From Nemertoderma westbladi (lineage: Eukaryota > Animalia > Xenacoelomorpha), in assembly GCA_032718475.1 (NCBI GenBank), contig JAUCBJ010001318.1, positions 56,904-120,903 of the forward strand: a stretch of DNA of 64,000 nucleotides, written 5' to 3'. Shown here one piece after another: positions 1-12,900 of this stretch (the stretch's first letter is position 1; the number at the start of each line of letters is the position of its first letter). Under the pieces are notes generated by a model. The model worked only from the letters and a program-made list of their open reading frames with translations, had not been told where the DNA came from and made no database searches. A program made the translations under genes and the position numbers.

Positions 1-3000
1 ACCCGGGACACTAAATTTACACCCGTGACACTAAATTTACACCCGGGACACTAACTTTACACCCGGGACACTAACTTTACACCCGGGACACTAACTTTAC
101 ACCCGGGACACTAGCTATACACCCGGGATACTAGCTATACACCCGGGACACTAGCTTAGCTATACACCCGGGACACTAGCTAAACACCCGGGACACTAAC
201 GTGACACCCGGGACACTAACTTTACACCCAGGACACTAACGTGACACCCGGGACACTAACTTTACACCCGGGACACTAACTTTACACCTGGGACACTAAC
301 TTTACACCCGGGTCACTATCTATACACTCGAGACACTACCTATACACCCGGGACACTAACGTGACACCCGGGACACTAACGTGACACCCGGGACACTAAC
401 TTTACACCCGGGAGACTAACTTTACACCCGGGAGACTAACTTTACACCCGGGAGACTAACTTTACACCCGGGACACTAACTTTACACCAAGGGACACTAA
501 CTTTACACCCGGGACACTAACTTTACACCCGGGACACTAACTTTACACCCGGGACACTAACTTTACACCCGGGAGACTAACTTTACACCCGGGACACTAA
601 CTTTACACCCGGGACACTAAATTTACACCAGGGACACTAACTTTACACCCGGGACACTAACTTTACACCCGGGACACTAACGTGACACCTGGGGCACTAA
701 CGTTACACCCGGGACACTAACTTTACACCCGGAAGACTAACTTTACACCCGGGACACTAACTATACACCCAGGACACTAACTTTACACCCGGGACACTAA
801 CTTTACACCCGGGATACTAAATTTACACCCGGGACACTAAATTTACACCCGGGACACTAAATTTACACCCGGGACACTAACTTTACACCCGGGACACTAA
901 CTTTACACCCGGGACACTAACTTTACACCCGGGACACTAGCTATACACCCGGGATACTAGCTATACACCCGGGACACTAGCTTAGCTATACACCCGGGAC
1001 ACTAGCTAAACACCCGGGACACTAACGTGACACCCGGGACACTAACTTTACACCCAGGACACTAACGTGACACCCGGGACACTAACTTTACACCCGGGAC
1101 ACTAACTTTACACCTGGGACACTAACTTTACACCCGGGTCACTATCTATACACTCGAGACACTACCTATACACCCGGGACACTAACGTGACACCCGGGAC
1201 ACTAACGTGACACCCGGGACACTAACTTTACACCCGGGACACTAACGTGACACCCGGGACACTAACTTTACACCCGGGACACTATCTATACACCCGAGAC
1301 ACTAGCTATACACCTGGGACACTAACGTGACACCCGGGACACTAACGTGACACCCGGGACACTAACTTTACACCCGGGACACTAACTTTACACCCGGGAC
1401 ACTAAATTTACATCCGGGACACTAACTTTACACCCGGGAGACTAACTTTACACCCGGGACACTAACTTTACACCCGCGACACTAACTTTACACCCGGGAG
1501 ACTAACTTTACACCCGGGAGACTAACTTTACACCCGGGAGACTAACTTTACACCCGGGAGACTAACTTTACACCCGGGACACTAATTCTACACCCGAGAC
1601 ACTAACTTTACACCCGGGAGACTAACTTTACACCCGGGAGACTAACTTTACACCCGGGAGACTAACTTTACACCCGGGACACTAACTTTACACCCGGGAC
1701 ACTAACTTTACACCCGGGACACTAACTTTACACCCGGGACACTAACTTTACACCCGGGACACTAACTTTACACCCGGGAGACTAACTTTACACCGGGGAC
1801 ACTAACTTTACACCTGGGACACTAACTTTACACCCGGGACACTAACTTTACACCCGGGACACTAACTTTACACCCGGGACACTAACTATACACCCAGGAC
1901 ACTAACTTTACACCCGGGACACTAACTTTACACCCGGGACACTAACTTTACACCCGGGACACTAACTTTACACCCGGGATACTAAATTTACACCCGGGAC
2001 ACTAAATTTACACCCGGGACACTAAATTTACACCCGGGACACTAACTTTACACCCGGGACACTAACTTTACACCCGGGACACTAACTTTACACCCGGGAC
2101 ACTAGCTATACACCCGGGATACTAGCTATACACCCGGAACACTAGCTATACACCCGGGACACTGGCTAAACACCCGGGACACTAACGTGACACCCGGGAC
2201 GCTAACTTTACACCCAGGACACTAACGTGACACCCGGGACACTAACTTTACACCCGGGACACTGACGTGACACCCGGGACACTAACTTTACACCCGGGAC
2301 ACTATCTATACACCCGAGACACTAGCTATACACCCGGGACACTAACGTGACACCCGGGACACTAACGTGACACCCGGGACACTAACTTTACACCCGGGAC
2401 ACTAACTTTACACCCGGGACACTAACTTTACACCCGGGACACTAAATTTACACCCGGGACACTAACTTTACACCCGGGAGACTAACTTTACACCCGGGAC
2501 ACTAACTTTACACCCGCGACACTAACTTTACACCCGGGACACTAACTTTACACCCGGGAGACTAACTTTACACCCGGGAGACTAACTTTACACCCGGGAG
2601 AGTAACTTTACACCCGGGACACTAACTTTACACCCGGGACACTAACTTTACACCCGGGACACTAGCTATACACCCGGGATACTAGCTATACACCCGGAAC
2701 ACTAGCTATACACCCGGGACACTGGCTAAACACCCGGGACACTAACGTGACACCCGGGACGCTAACTTTACACCCAGGACATTAACGTGACACCCGGGAC
2801 ACTAACTTTACACCCGGGACACTGACGTGACACCCGGGACACTAACTTTACACCCGGGACACTATCTATACACCCGAGACACTAGCTATACACCCGGGAC
2901 ACTAACGTGACACCCGGGACACTAACGTGACACCCGGGACACTAACTTTACACCCGGGACACTAACTTTACACCCGGGACACTAACTTTACACCCGGGAC

Positions 3001-3558
3001 ACTAAATTTACACCCGGGAGACTAACTTTACACCCGGGAGACTAACTTTACACCCGGGACACTAACTTTACACCCGCGACACTAACTTTACACCCGGGAC
3101 ACTAACTTTACACCCGGGAGACTAACTTTACACCCGGGAGACTAACTTTACACCCGGGAGAGTAACTTTACACCCGGGACACTAACTTTACACCCGGGAC
3201 ACTAACTTTACACCCGGGACACTAACTTTACACCCGGGACACTAACTTTACACCCGGGACACTAACTTTACACCCGGGAGACTAACTTTACACCCGGGAC
3301 ACTAACGTGACACCCGGGACACTAACTTTACACCCGGGACACTAACTTTACACCCGGGACACTAACTTTACACCCGGGAGACTAACTTTACACCCGGGAG
3401 ACTAACTTTACACCCGGGACACTAACTTTACACCCGGGACACTAACTTTACACCCGGGACACTAACTTTACACCCGGGACACTAACTTTACACCCGGGAC
3501 ACTAACTTTACACCCGGGAAACTAACTTTACACCCGGGAAACTAACTTTACACCCGCG
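1..3558. repeat. 20-bp minisatellite (consensus CACCCGGGACACTAACTTTA), intronic, truncated by window start
   Basis: Tandem 20-nt unit read directly; variant blocks recur with higher-order periods (~826 bp: 151 vs 977; 560 bp: 2101 vs 2661). Confidence 0.98.
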
Positions 3559-3779
3559 TAAATCTTGAATTCACAACAGGACTTACTACACGTAAGTTAA
3601 TGATCACTTTTGTTGACATTTTTATTTTCTAACATAGTTTTTGTGCTGATGGCAAGAAATCATAATAAGAAAACAACAATTTAGGAAGGAAAAAAAAGGT
3701 CTTTTAACAAAATGTTCTACCGTTTTAATTATAACTACATTAATTATAAATAAACACAATTTCATGATTTACGACTTAC

Positions 3780-3918
3780 CTTCTTATCATTAGTGAGCGG
3801 CATATTCATCTTGATAAGTCGTTGATAGGCAAGTTTGTAAGGACACTTACGGCCAAGGCCAAGAGGTGGGGCTAATATTCGCAGCATTTCATACATGTCT
3901 GTATACAAGATCCGGCCA
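3780..3918 (-). CDS. Cav2 exon: EF-hand/pre-IQ region ([46 protein letters not shown])
   Basis: cag acceptor, gtaagt donor; 139 nt, phase 2-0. Confidence 0.95.
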
Positions 3919-6900
3919 CTGAATAAAAAAAAATAGAAATTAAATAGGAAAAATTAATGGTTCGTGGATGTTCACTTTTTTTTAGCTGTTTTGTACGTTG
4001 ATAAAAATACCGAAAACAAATTAATTCAATAAAATAAAGATTACGATAAATAAATAAATAGGTTAGATTAATGTCGTATAGAAATTAGTCGAAAATAAAA
4101 TATTATGGGGCATTCCGGAATTTCACGGCAAGGGTCGTGGAAAGAGGTGGTTGAGGAGACATGGAAAAGTAATAATTATTAGGTTACAGTATTTATCTGG
4201 TGAATAATGGCGGTCAGTCAAACACGATCGGTAAAATAAGTATAAAATAACTATAGTTACATTATTTCCTGAAAAAAAAGAGTTATGACCTAAGAACATT
4301 AATGTACCGAACGAGCGCAACGAAGGAAGTTTAAATAAACAACGGTTTTTAAACATGTAGCACATGGATCGTATAGAGATTAACTTACGTAGCACATGGG
4401 TCGTATAGAGATTAACTTACGTAGCACATGGATCGTATAGAGATTAACTTACGTAGCACATGGGGATCGTATAGAGATTAACTTACGTAGCACATGGGGA
4501 TCGTATAGAGATTAACTTACGTAGCACATGGGGATCGTATAGAGATTAACTTACGTAGCACATGGATCGTATAGAGATTAACTTACGTAACACATGGGGA
4601 TCGTATAGAGATTAACTTACGTAGCACATGGATCGTATAGAGATTAACTTACGTAGCACATGGGGATCGTATAGAGATTAACTTACGTAGCACATGGGGA
4701 TCGTATAGAGATTAACTTACGTAACACATGGGGATCGTATAGAGATTAACTTACGTAGCACATGGATCGTATAGAGATTAACTTACGTAGCACATGGATC
4801 GTATAGAGATTAACTTACGTAGCACATGGGGATCGTATAGAGATTAACTTACGTAGCACATGGGGATCGTATAGAGATTAACTTACGTAGCACATGGATC
4901 GTATAGAGATTAACTTACGTAGCACATGGATCGTATAGAGATTAACTTACGTAGCACACGGATCGTATAGAGATTAACTTACGTAACACATGGGGATCGT
5001 ATAGAGATTAACTTACGTAGCACATGGATCGTATAGAGATTAACTTACGTAGCACATGGGGATCGTATAGAGATTAACTTACGTAGCACATGGGGATCGT
5101 ATAGAGATTAACTTACGTAACACATGGGGATCGTATAGAGATTAACTTACGTAGCACATGGATCGTATAGAGATTAACTTACGTAACACATGGGGATCGT
5201 ATAGAGATTAACTTACGTAGCACATGGATCGTATAGAGATTAACTTACGTAGCACATGGGGATCGTATAGAGATTAACTTACGTAGCACATGGGGATCGT
5301 ATAGAGATTAACTTACGTAGCACATGGATCGTATAGAGATTAACTTACGTAGCACATGGATCGTATAGAGATTAACTTACGTAGCACACGGATCGTATAG
5401 AGATTAACTTACGTAACACATGGGGATCGTATAGAGATTAACTTACGTAGCACACGGATCGTATAGAGATTAACTTACGTAACACATGGGGATCGTATAG
5501 AGATTAACTTACGTAGCACATGGATCGTATAGAGATTAACTTACGTAGCACATGGGGATCGTATAGAGATTAACTTACGTAGCACATGGGGATCGTATAG
5601 AGATTAACTTACGTAGCACATGGGGATCGTATAGAGATTAACTTACGTAGCACACGGATCGTATAGAGATTAACTTACGTAACACATGGGGATCGTATAG
5701 AGATTAACTTACGTAGCACACGGATCGTATAGAGATTAACTTACGTAGCACATGGATCGTATAGAGATTAACTTACGTAGCACACGGATCGTATAGAGAT
5801 TAACTTACGTAACACATGGGGATCGTATAGAGATTAACTTACGTAGCACATGGATCGTATAGAGATTAACTTACGTAGCACATGGGGATCGTATAGAGAT
5901 TAACTTACGTAGCACACGGGTCGTATAGAGATTAACTTACGTAGCACATGGATCGTATAGAGATTAACTTACGTAGCACATGGGGATCGTATAGAGATTA
6001 ACTTACGTAGCACATGGGGATCGTATAGAGATTAACTTACGTAGCACATGGATCGTATAGAGATTAACTTACGTAGCACATGGGGATCGTATAGAGATTA
6101 ACTTACGTAGCACATGGGGATCGTATAGAGATTAACTTACGTAGCACACGGGTCGTATAGAGATTAACTTACGTAGCACATGGATCGTATAGACATTAAC
6201 TTACGTAGCACATGGGGATCGTATAGAGATTAACCTACGTAGCACATGGGGATCGTATAGAGATTAACTTACGTAGCACACGGATCGTATAGAGATTAAC
6301 TTACGTAGCACATGGGGATCGTATAGAGATTAACTTACGTAGCACACGGGTCGTATAGAGATTAACTTACGTAGCACATGGATCGTATAGAGATTAACTT
6401 ACGTAGCACATGGGGATCGTATAGAGATTAACTTACGTAGCACATGGGGATCGTATAGAGATTAACTTACGTAGCACATGGGGATCGTATAGAGATTAAC
6501 CTACGTAGCACATGGGGATCGTATAGAGATTAACTTACGTAGCACACGGATCGTATAGAGATTAACTTACGTAGCACATGGGGATCGTATAGAGATTAAC
6601 TTACGTAGCACATGGGGATCGTATAGAGATTAACCTACGTAGCACAATGGGAATCGTATAGAGATTAACTTACGTAGCACATGGGGATCGTATAGAGATT
6701 AACTTACGTAGCACATGGGGATCGTATAGAGATTAACTTACGTAGCACATGGATCGTAATCGGCCCAAACGCGAATAAATTCATCTAAATGATGCGGCCC
6801 GAGAATAGATTCGTCTCTCGTCAAATATTCGAAGTTATCCATAATTACAGCAACAAATAAATTTAACATCTGCATAAAATATAAATATAAAAATATGTGT

Positions 6901-9900
6901 GTTAGGTTGTATGACAATGGTTAATGTTGTTTTATCATAATCTGGTTATTTTCTATAAATTAATTAGGTTATAAGTAGCATGTAACAATGATATAAGTAA
7001 AGCGATGTGTTTAATATAAAGATAATAAAGATGTTTTAAATGAATAAGGAAGTGTCAGGGGAAAGTATGATTGGATCTGCTTAAATCTAAATAAAAAATA
7101 AAATATGTAATATTATTTAATACGGTTAGTTCCATCACCGGTATTAGCTCAACCAATATATTTAACCATAACAGAGACAAGTCGGTCAAGTTTTTATAAT
7201 ATAATAAAATCGAATGCCTTAAAAATTAAATACATCAAAATAATGGCGGTTGTTTGTAGACGAAGTGTTGGAACAACGTTTATGTGGTTATTGTATTTCA
7301 TTTTATTTTATTTTAAACAAAATATAACAACAATTACACCGTATCAGACCATGCATGGACTGGTCACTCTCTACTCTTCCTTCCTGTAGTTGCCAGTACT
7401 TGCCTATACCGGTCTGATGCAGACCGGTAGGTTGAAAACGTTTAACTATCTTTAATTAATTTAAATTAACCAGCTAAAGACCCTCAAATTTTTATTATTA
7501 TCATTCGTACATAATGTTTTGAAGCTGTGATATCAAACAATTTCAATTAATAATAATATATATATAAAATAAAACTCCAACTTTTGTTACTATAACAACA
7601 TAGCACATAGATATGAAAGAAAGAAGATTCATTAAAATGGTTGCAAAGAATAACAATCAAAAACGAAACTCACCAAAAATGAACTAAGGAAGACAAATGA
7701 AACGAAGTACAGATAGGAAGCTTGGTTTCCGCAGCTGTGGTCCAAACCATCGGACAGATGGTTGGTTGGACTCAGGAAGTCAGGGTGACAAGGTACACCA
7801 GTATAACACGATAGCATGATCTCCTGCCACCCTTCACCAGTGGAACATCTAATACACGAAAAACAAGAGTAAGCATTTCGGCTAGGGTCACCCATTCACC
7901 AATTGAACATAAATTAAAAAAAGGAAAACTAATTGAGGTATGACATATACATATATGGAGGGGGGGTCACCCGTTCACCAAAACACAGGTATACCAATTG
8001 CAACTCAACCATCATATCTGCAACAAAGCTATACACTAAACAATAAACATGGTGACACATTTCAATGCAATCTTACTAGCGGGGTTACTTTCAGAATCGA
8101 TTAAAATTATTGTATTTAACCACTAGAAACTATCACAACCTCCACCACAACAGAAATTGATCACCACAAAAAGGGGCCTCCACCGAAGGGAACAAAATAT
8201 CCGAAATTAACTAAACATACCAAAAATGAACAAAGGAATATGAATGTAACGAAATATGAACTGGTTACTGGAGTATTGAAGCCGCATTCATTCTTTGAGA
8301 CGCAGTCAGTGTAGGTTGTATGATTGCGGACTTCTTCTATAGTCCATCCTTTCTCTTCTTGCAGCTGGCGATGTACTTCCAAGCAGTAAACCAGATCGCA
8401 AGGGGCAGGGGAAGCACAACTTACCATGATGAGTTGCCAAGACTCACCTGTGGCACAACTAAACAGATAAATATCACATACAGATACACAATGATATCAG
8501 TGTCTTTTTTTCATTCATTCACAAACATTCAATTATTAATACATACATATCGGTCACACCACTCACTAGGTTGCATTCCAGGATGTCTCTGCAATGAAAC
8601 TCCGCCACAATCTGCGATTAGCCATGTATATAACCAATTCATCTCCATTAAAAATTAATTATCAAGAAAAAAATCAATTAGTTGTATGTACTTACCGGAA
8701 CAATAACAGAAAAGCCATAAGAATGTTACTGAAGTTATTATTACGGGTTATAGCAGATCCAACAACATCCAGTTGCAAATTACCAAATAACTAAAATGGA
8801 AACGAAATTGTAGGATTCCACAAAAAGATAAAATATGGATTAAATAAAATAATTAAAATTAAATACCAAACATTAAATGAACTTGTAAATATGACCAAAA
8901 ATGTAAAAATAATAACTACTATTTAATAAATAATCAATTACATTGATATAATTCATTAAATATATATTTTTCCTTATTAACATAGAAAAGTTAAATGCTT
9001 CGTCTATCTACTGTATAATGTTAAACATGTTTGTTTAATATTATTTAACATGTTCAATGTTCTTTATTAGTTATCTGTTTAGCAAGCACGAAAAATTTCG
9101 TCGAATTTCATTAATTTTTGACAAAGTTATTGTTGAACAAAGAAAAATGGTATTATTTAAAATAGCGCGAAGGTTTAAATTGATCCTTAAACTTTAAACA
9201 CCTTTATCTCAGAATTACGTTTTTTTCATGAAAAGGGCTATTTCTCCGCAAATTGTAACTGAAATTGGTTGAAATTTGATGCACTTGTTCAGAATACCCT
9301 TGTCCATAATTCTTCAAAAGAAATTTGGCTGGAAATGCCCTGGAGCCTTTTTTCATCAAAAAGGCCCAAAAAAGCCATTTTTGGGTCTATTGTTTGGGAA
9401 AATTGGCCCAAACCATTTTCAGTTAAAAACGTTCAGAAGAATTGGATACAAGGGTCTTTTGAATCTTTTATTCTAAATTTCGACAAATTCCAACAAATAT
9501 TGGTGAACAAATAGCCTTTGGGCGCAAAACCGCACTTTTGGCCATTACAGAGCCATTTTGGGGCCAATCTTAAAAATATTTGGTTTGGCTATTCTTATGC
9601 AAATCAGACGTTGTTTAGTAGACAAAAAATAATTTCCACCCAATTTTAGGGACCAGAGACACCTAAATATGAGGTTACAATTGGGGGTGCACTCCCCCTC
9701 CCCCCCTTAATATTATTTAACACGTGTAATATTATTTAACAAGTTTAATATCATTTAACATGTTTAATTTTATTTAACACGTGTAATATTATTTAACAAG
9801 TTTAATATCATTTAACATGTTTAATTTTATTTAACACATGTAATATTATTTAACAAGTTTAATATCATTTAACATGTTTAATTTTATTTAACACGTGTAA

Positions 9901-12900
9901 TATTATTTAACAAGTTTAATTTTATTTAACACGTGTAATATTATTTAACAAGTTTAATATCATTTAACATGTTTAATTTTATTTAACATGTTTAATTTTA
10001 TTTAACATGTTTAATTTTATTTAACATGTTTAATTTTATTTAACATGTTTAATTTTATTTAACACGTGTAATATTATTTAACAAGTTTAATATCATTTAA
10101 CATGTTTAATTTTATTTAACACGTGTAATATTATTTAACAAGTTTAATTTTATTTAACACGTGTAATATTATTTAACAAGTTTAATATCATTTAACATGT
10201 TTAATTTTATTTAACATGTTTAATTTTATTTAACATGTTTAATTTTATTTAACATGTTTAATTTTATTTAACACGTGTAATATTATTTAACAAGTTTAAT
10301 ATCATTTAACATGTTTAATTTTATTTAACACGTGTAATATTATTTAACAAGTTTAATATCATTTAACACGTGTAATATTATTTAACAAGTTTAATATCAT
10401 TTAACATGTTTAATTTTATTTAACATGTTTAATTTTATTTAACATGTTTAATATTATTTAAAGCGCTTCACGTCACCCTGTGGAGAAACCTCCCGAGATA
10501 GCCTCCCATCAAAAACAAAAGCCTACTTTCGATCAACTCATAACTGAATGTAACTTTTATGTCTATCCATTTTCTATTATATTATATTCCAAAGTTTCTA
10601 TTTTCATTTTAATTATGGAAATCGTATTTATCGATAGGACTTTGTTCGAAATAATTACTAAATAAAATATATTCGTGAGGAGGCCATTATTTATGTTGCA
10701 CCATAAAACTAAAATGTAAACAGACACATGCAGACTAACACAGAATAAACAAGGAACATGCTGAAAACATGGCACGTGTAAGAAGAGAGAAATAAGAACA
10801 ATAAAGAAATCCAACCTGCATTCCAATAATTGCATAAATGTAGAATAACAGACCGATAAGTAGACAGACATACGGTAGACACTTAAAGGCCTGGATGAAT
10901 GTCCACATAAGTATACGGATGGTAAATCCGAGACGAAGGAGTTTAACAAGTCGTGCAGCTCGAAACAGTCGTAGAATTGCGATGTTGGGAATAATTCTGG
11001 CACCTGAGCCGTGATCCTGAGAGATGGTTAATGCGAGAAGGGTTAACAAACCCTTATAAGATTACTATATAACGCACTCAATATATTTCAAATGATATGA
11101 AATACAATATCTTTTAGAGTAGCCTAAATATTTACTAAATCTACCTCAAATACAACCTTCAATCACACACAAACCATTCATTAATGTCATCTTGTATTGT
11201 ATAATACTTGCGAATGTTCAACACCTCCATTAGAATGCGGTGTGGTGCGTTTTATATAAGTATTTCTTCGTTGATTGAATTATAAAGTTATCTATCACAA
11301 CTAGGATCGGCATGCTGCATTTTTAAGTCGTCCACATGCTCAAGCATACCATCCTTTGAGCTTATGCACTTTGAGCTTGTGTTCTATCACAAGGTCCGGT
11401 AGGTTGTTTAATTACAGAGATTTCGATCGATCCAAACCACCATTGCTGGCATTTTATGGACAATAGGAAATAGAATTTCGTACTTCGTTCACCTCAAATA
11501 CAGGAATACATAACAGTTACCATCTGTGTTTTGAATCTGAACGTCATGTTTTATATTGATCTTTAATAATGCACATAAGCTTTGTCGGTTGTCCAAACTC
11601 AAACCCAAATGCCTTAGAACATTACAACGGTTCGCTGTTCACACAGTATCAAGATCCTGATAAATTGTGGCACCATCGTACAACAGAAAGGGTGAGATGA
11701 GTTCACTTCCGCTAATTAAAACCAATAAAGAAGTGTCATAACTCAACTATAAGATTTAGTAAATAATTTAACATGCAAATTTAAGCAGAAGAGGAGAGAG
11801 AAAATTTAACTATTAATTAAAAATAATTAAACTAAAAAGAAAACAATTCAATGATACTGTTGTAAAATAGTTGTTAGCTGCGTGAGATGCAAAGAGATAG
11901 TCAGTGAGTGAAATAAGCACTAAAACGAAACAAAGTCAAACAGTTGAGAGGTTAAGAACTCATGTTGATTGTTGCGTCGCACCTGCATGCCGACAATGGC
12001 GTAGATAAAGTACAGCACCCCAATGAGCAGACAGACGTATGGGAGAGCTTTGAAGGCCTGCACGAAGGTGTACAAGAGCACCCGGATGGTGGAACCCTGG
12101 CGAAGGAGCTTAATAAGCCGAGCAGCTCGGAAGAGTCGCAGAACTCCGAAGTTTGGTAGTTTCTTCTCAGCTCCAAGGTCAGCCTATATCGCGCACAAAA
12201 CCAATCAGTCACAATATGCACAACCGCAATGAAAATCACTGCACCAACAGAATTCGGCAATTATTTTCCTTAAGTGTAATTAAATTAGGTAATTGTTTTG
12301 GTTAGAAAAAGTAATAAATATGTACACTACTGTAAAACATTGATTATATTTATATTTAATACAGTACAGGTATTCATAGTTTTGTGACCATTTCCTACCC
12401 CCCCCCCCCCCCCCCCCCCCCACGTCATACTACAACCTCCACAAAGAGAAGTCTCCGTGTCATCACTCACAACAGTACATACGCGCGCGAGCACACACGC
12501 GAACATAGACTCCGTCACCCATAACAAGTATTTATTGACAAACATGTGTGTGTAAAGGTGTAATTATCCGACGTCATGGTTATTGACGTGTACAACATCA
12601 CCACGGTTACTAACAAACCCAAACCCAGTCACCATGGCTACTAATTAACAAGTACCCAGGCACCAGTACAAGAACAAGCCGTCAGATATCCCGTAACCAT
12701 GGCTACCAGCTGACCTGTACCCCGACGCAGGCGTAGATAAAGAACATCATGAAAATCAACAAGCACACGTAGGGTAAGGCCTTGAAAGCCTGGATGAAGG
12801 TCCAGAGAAGGACACGGATCTCGGAGCCAAGACGGAGCAGTTTAACCAATCGCGCAGCGCGACACAACCGCAACACTCCCAGATTGGGTAAAATGTCAGC

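Noticed and set aside
1-6758. Regular 20-bp and 32/34-bp arrays as CRISPR arrays
   Set aside because: No unique spacers, no cas genes, and eukaryotic intronic context; they are plain tandem repeats.
10466-11700. Docking/selector RNA pairing for the S4 exon cluster (TCACGTCACCCT ~10468 vs AGGGTGAGATGA ~11689)
   Set aside because: Only about 10 of 12 nt are complementary and no matching partner was found for the third exon; could be chance.
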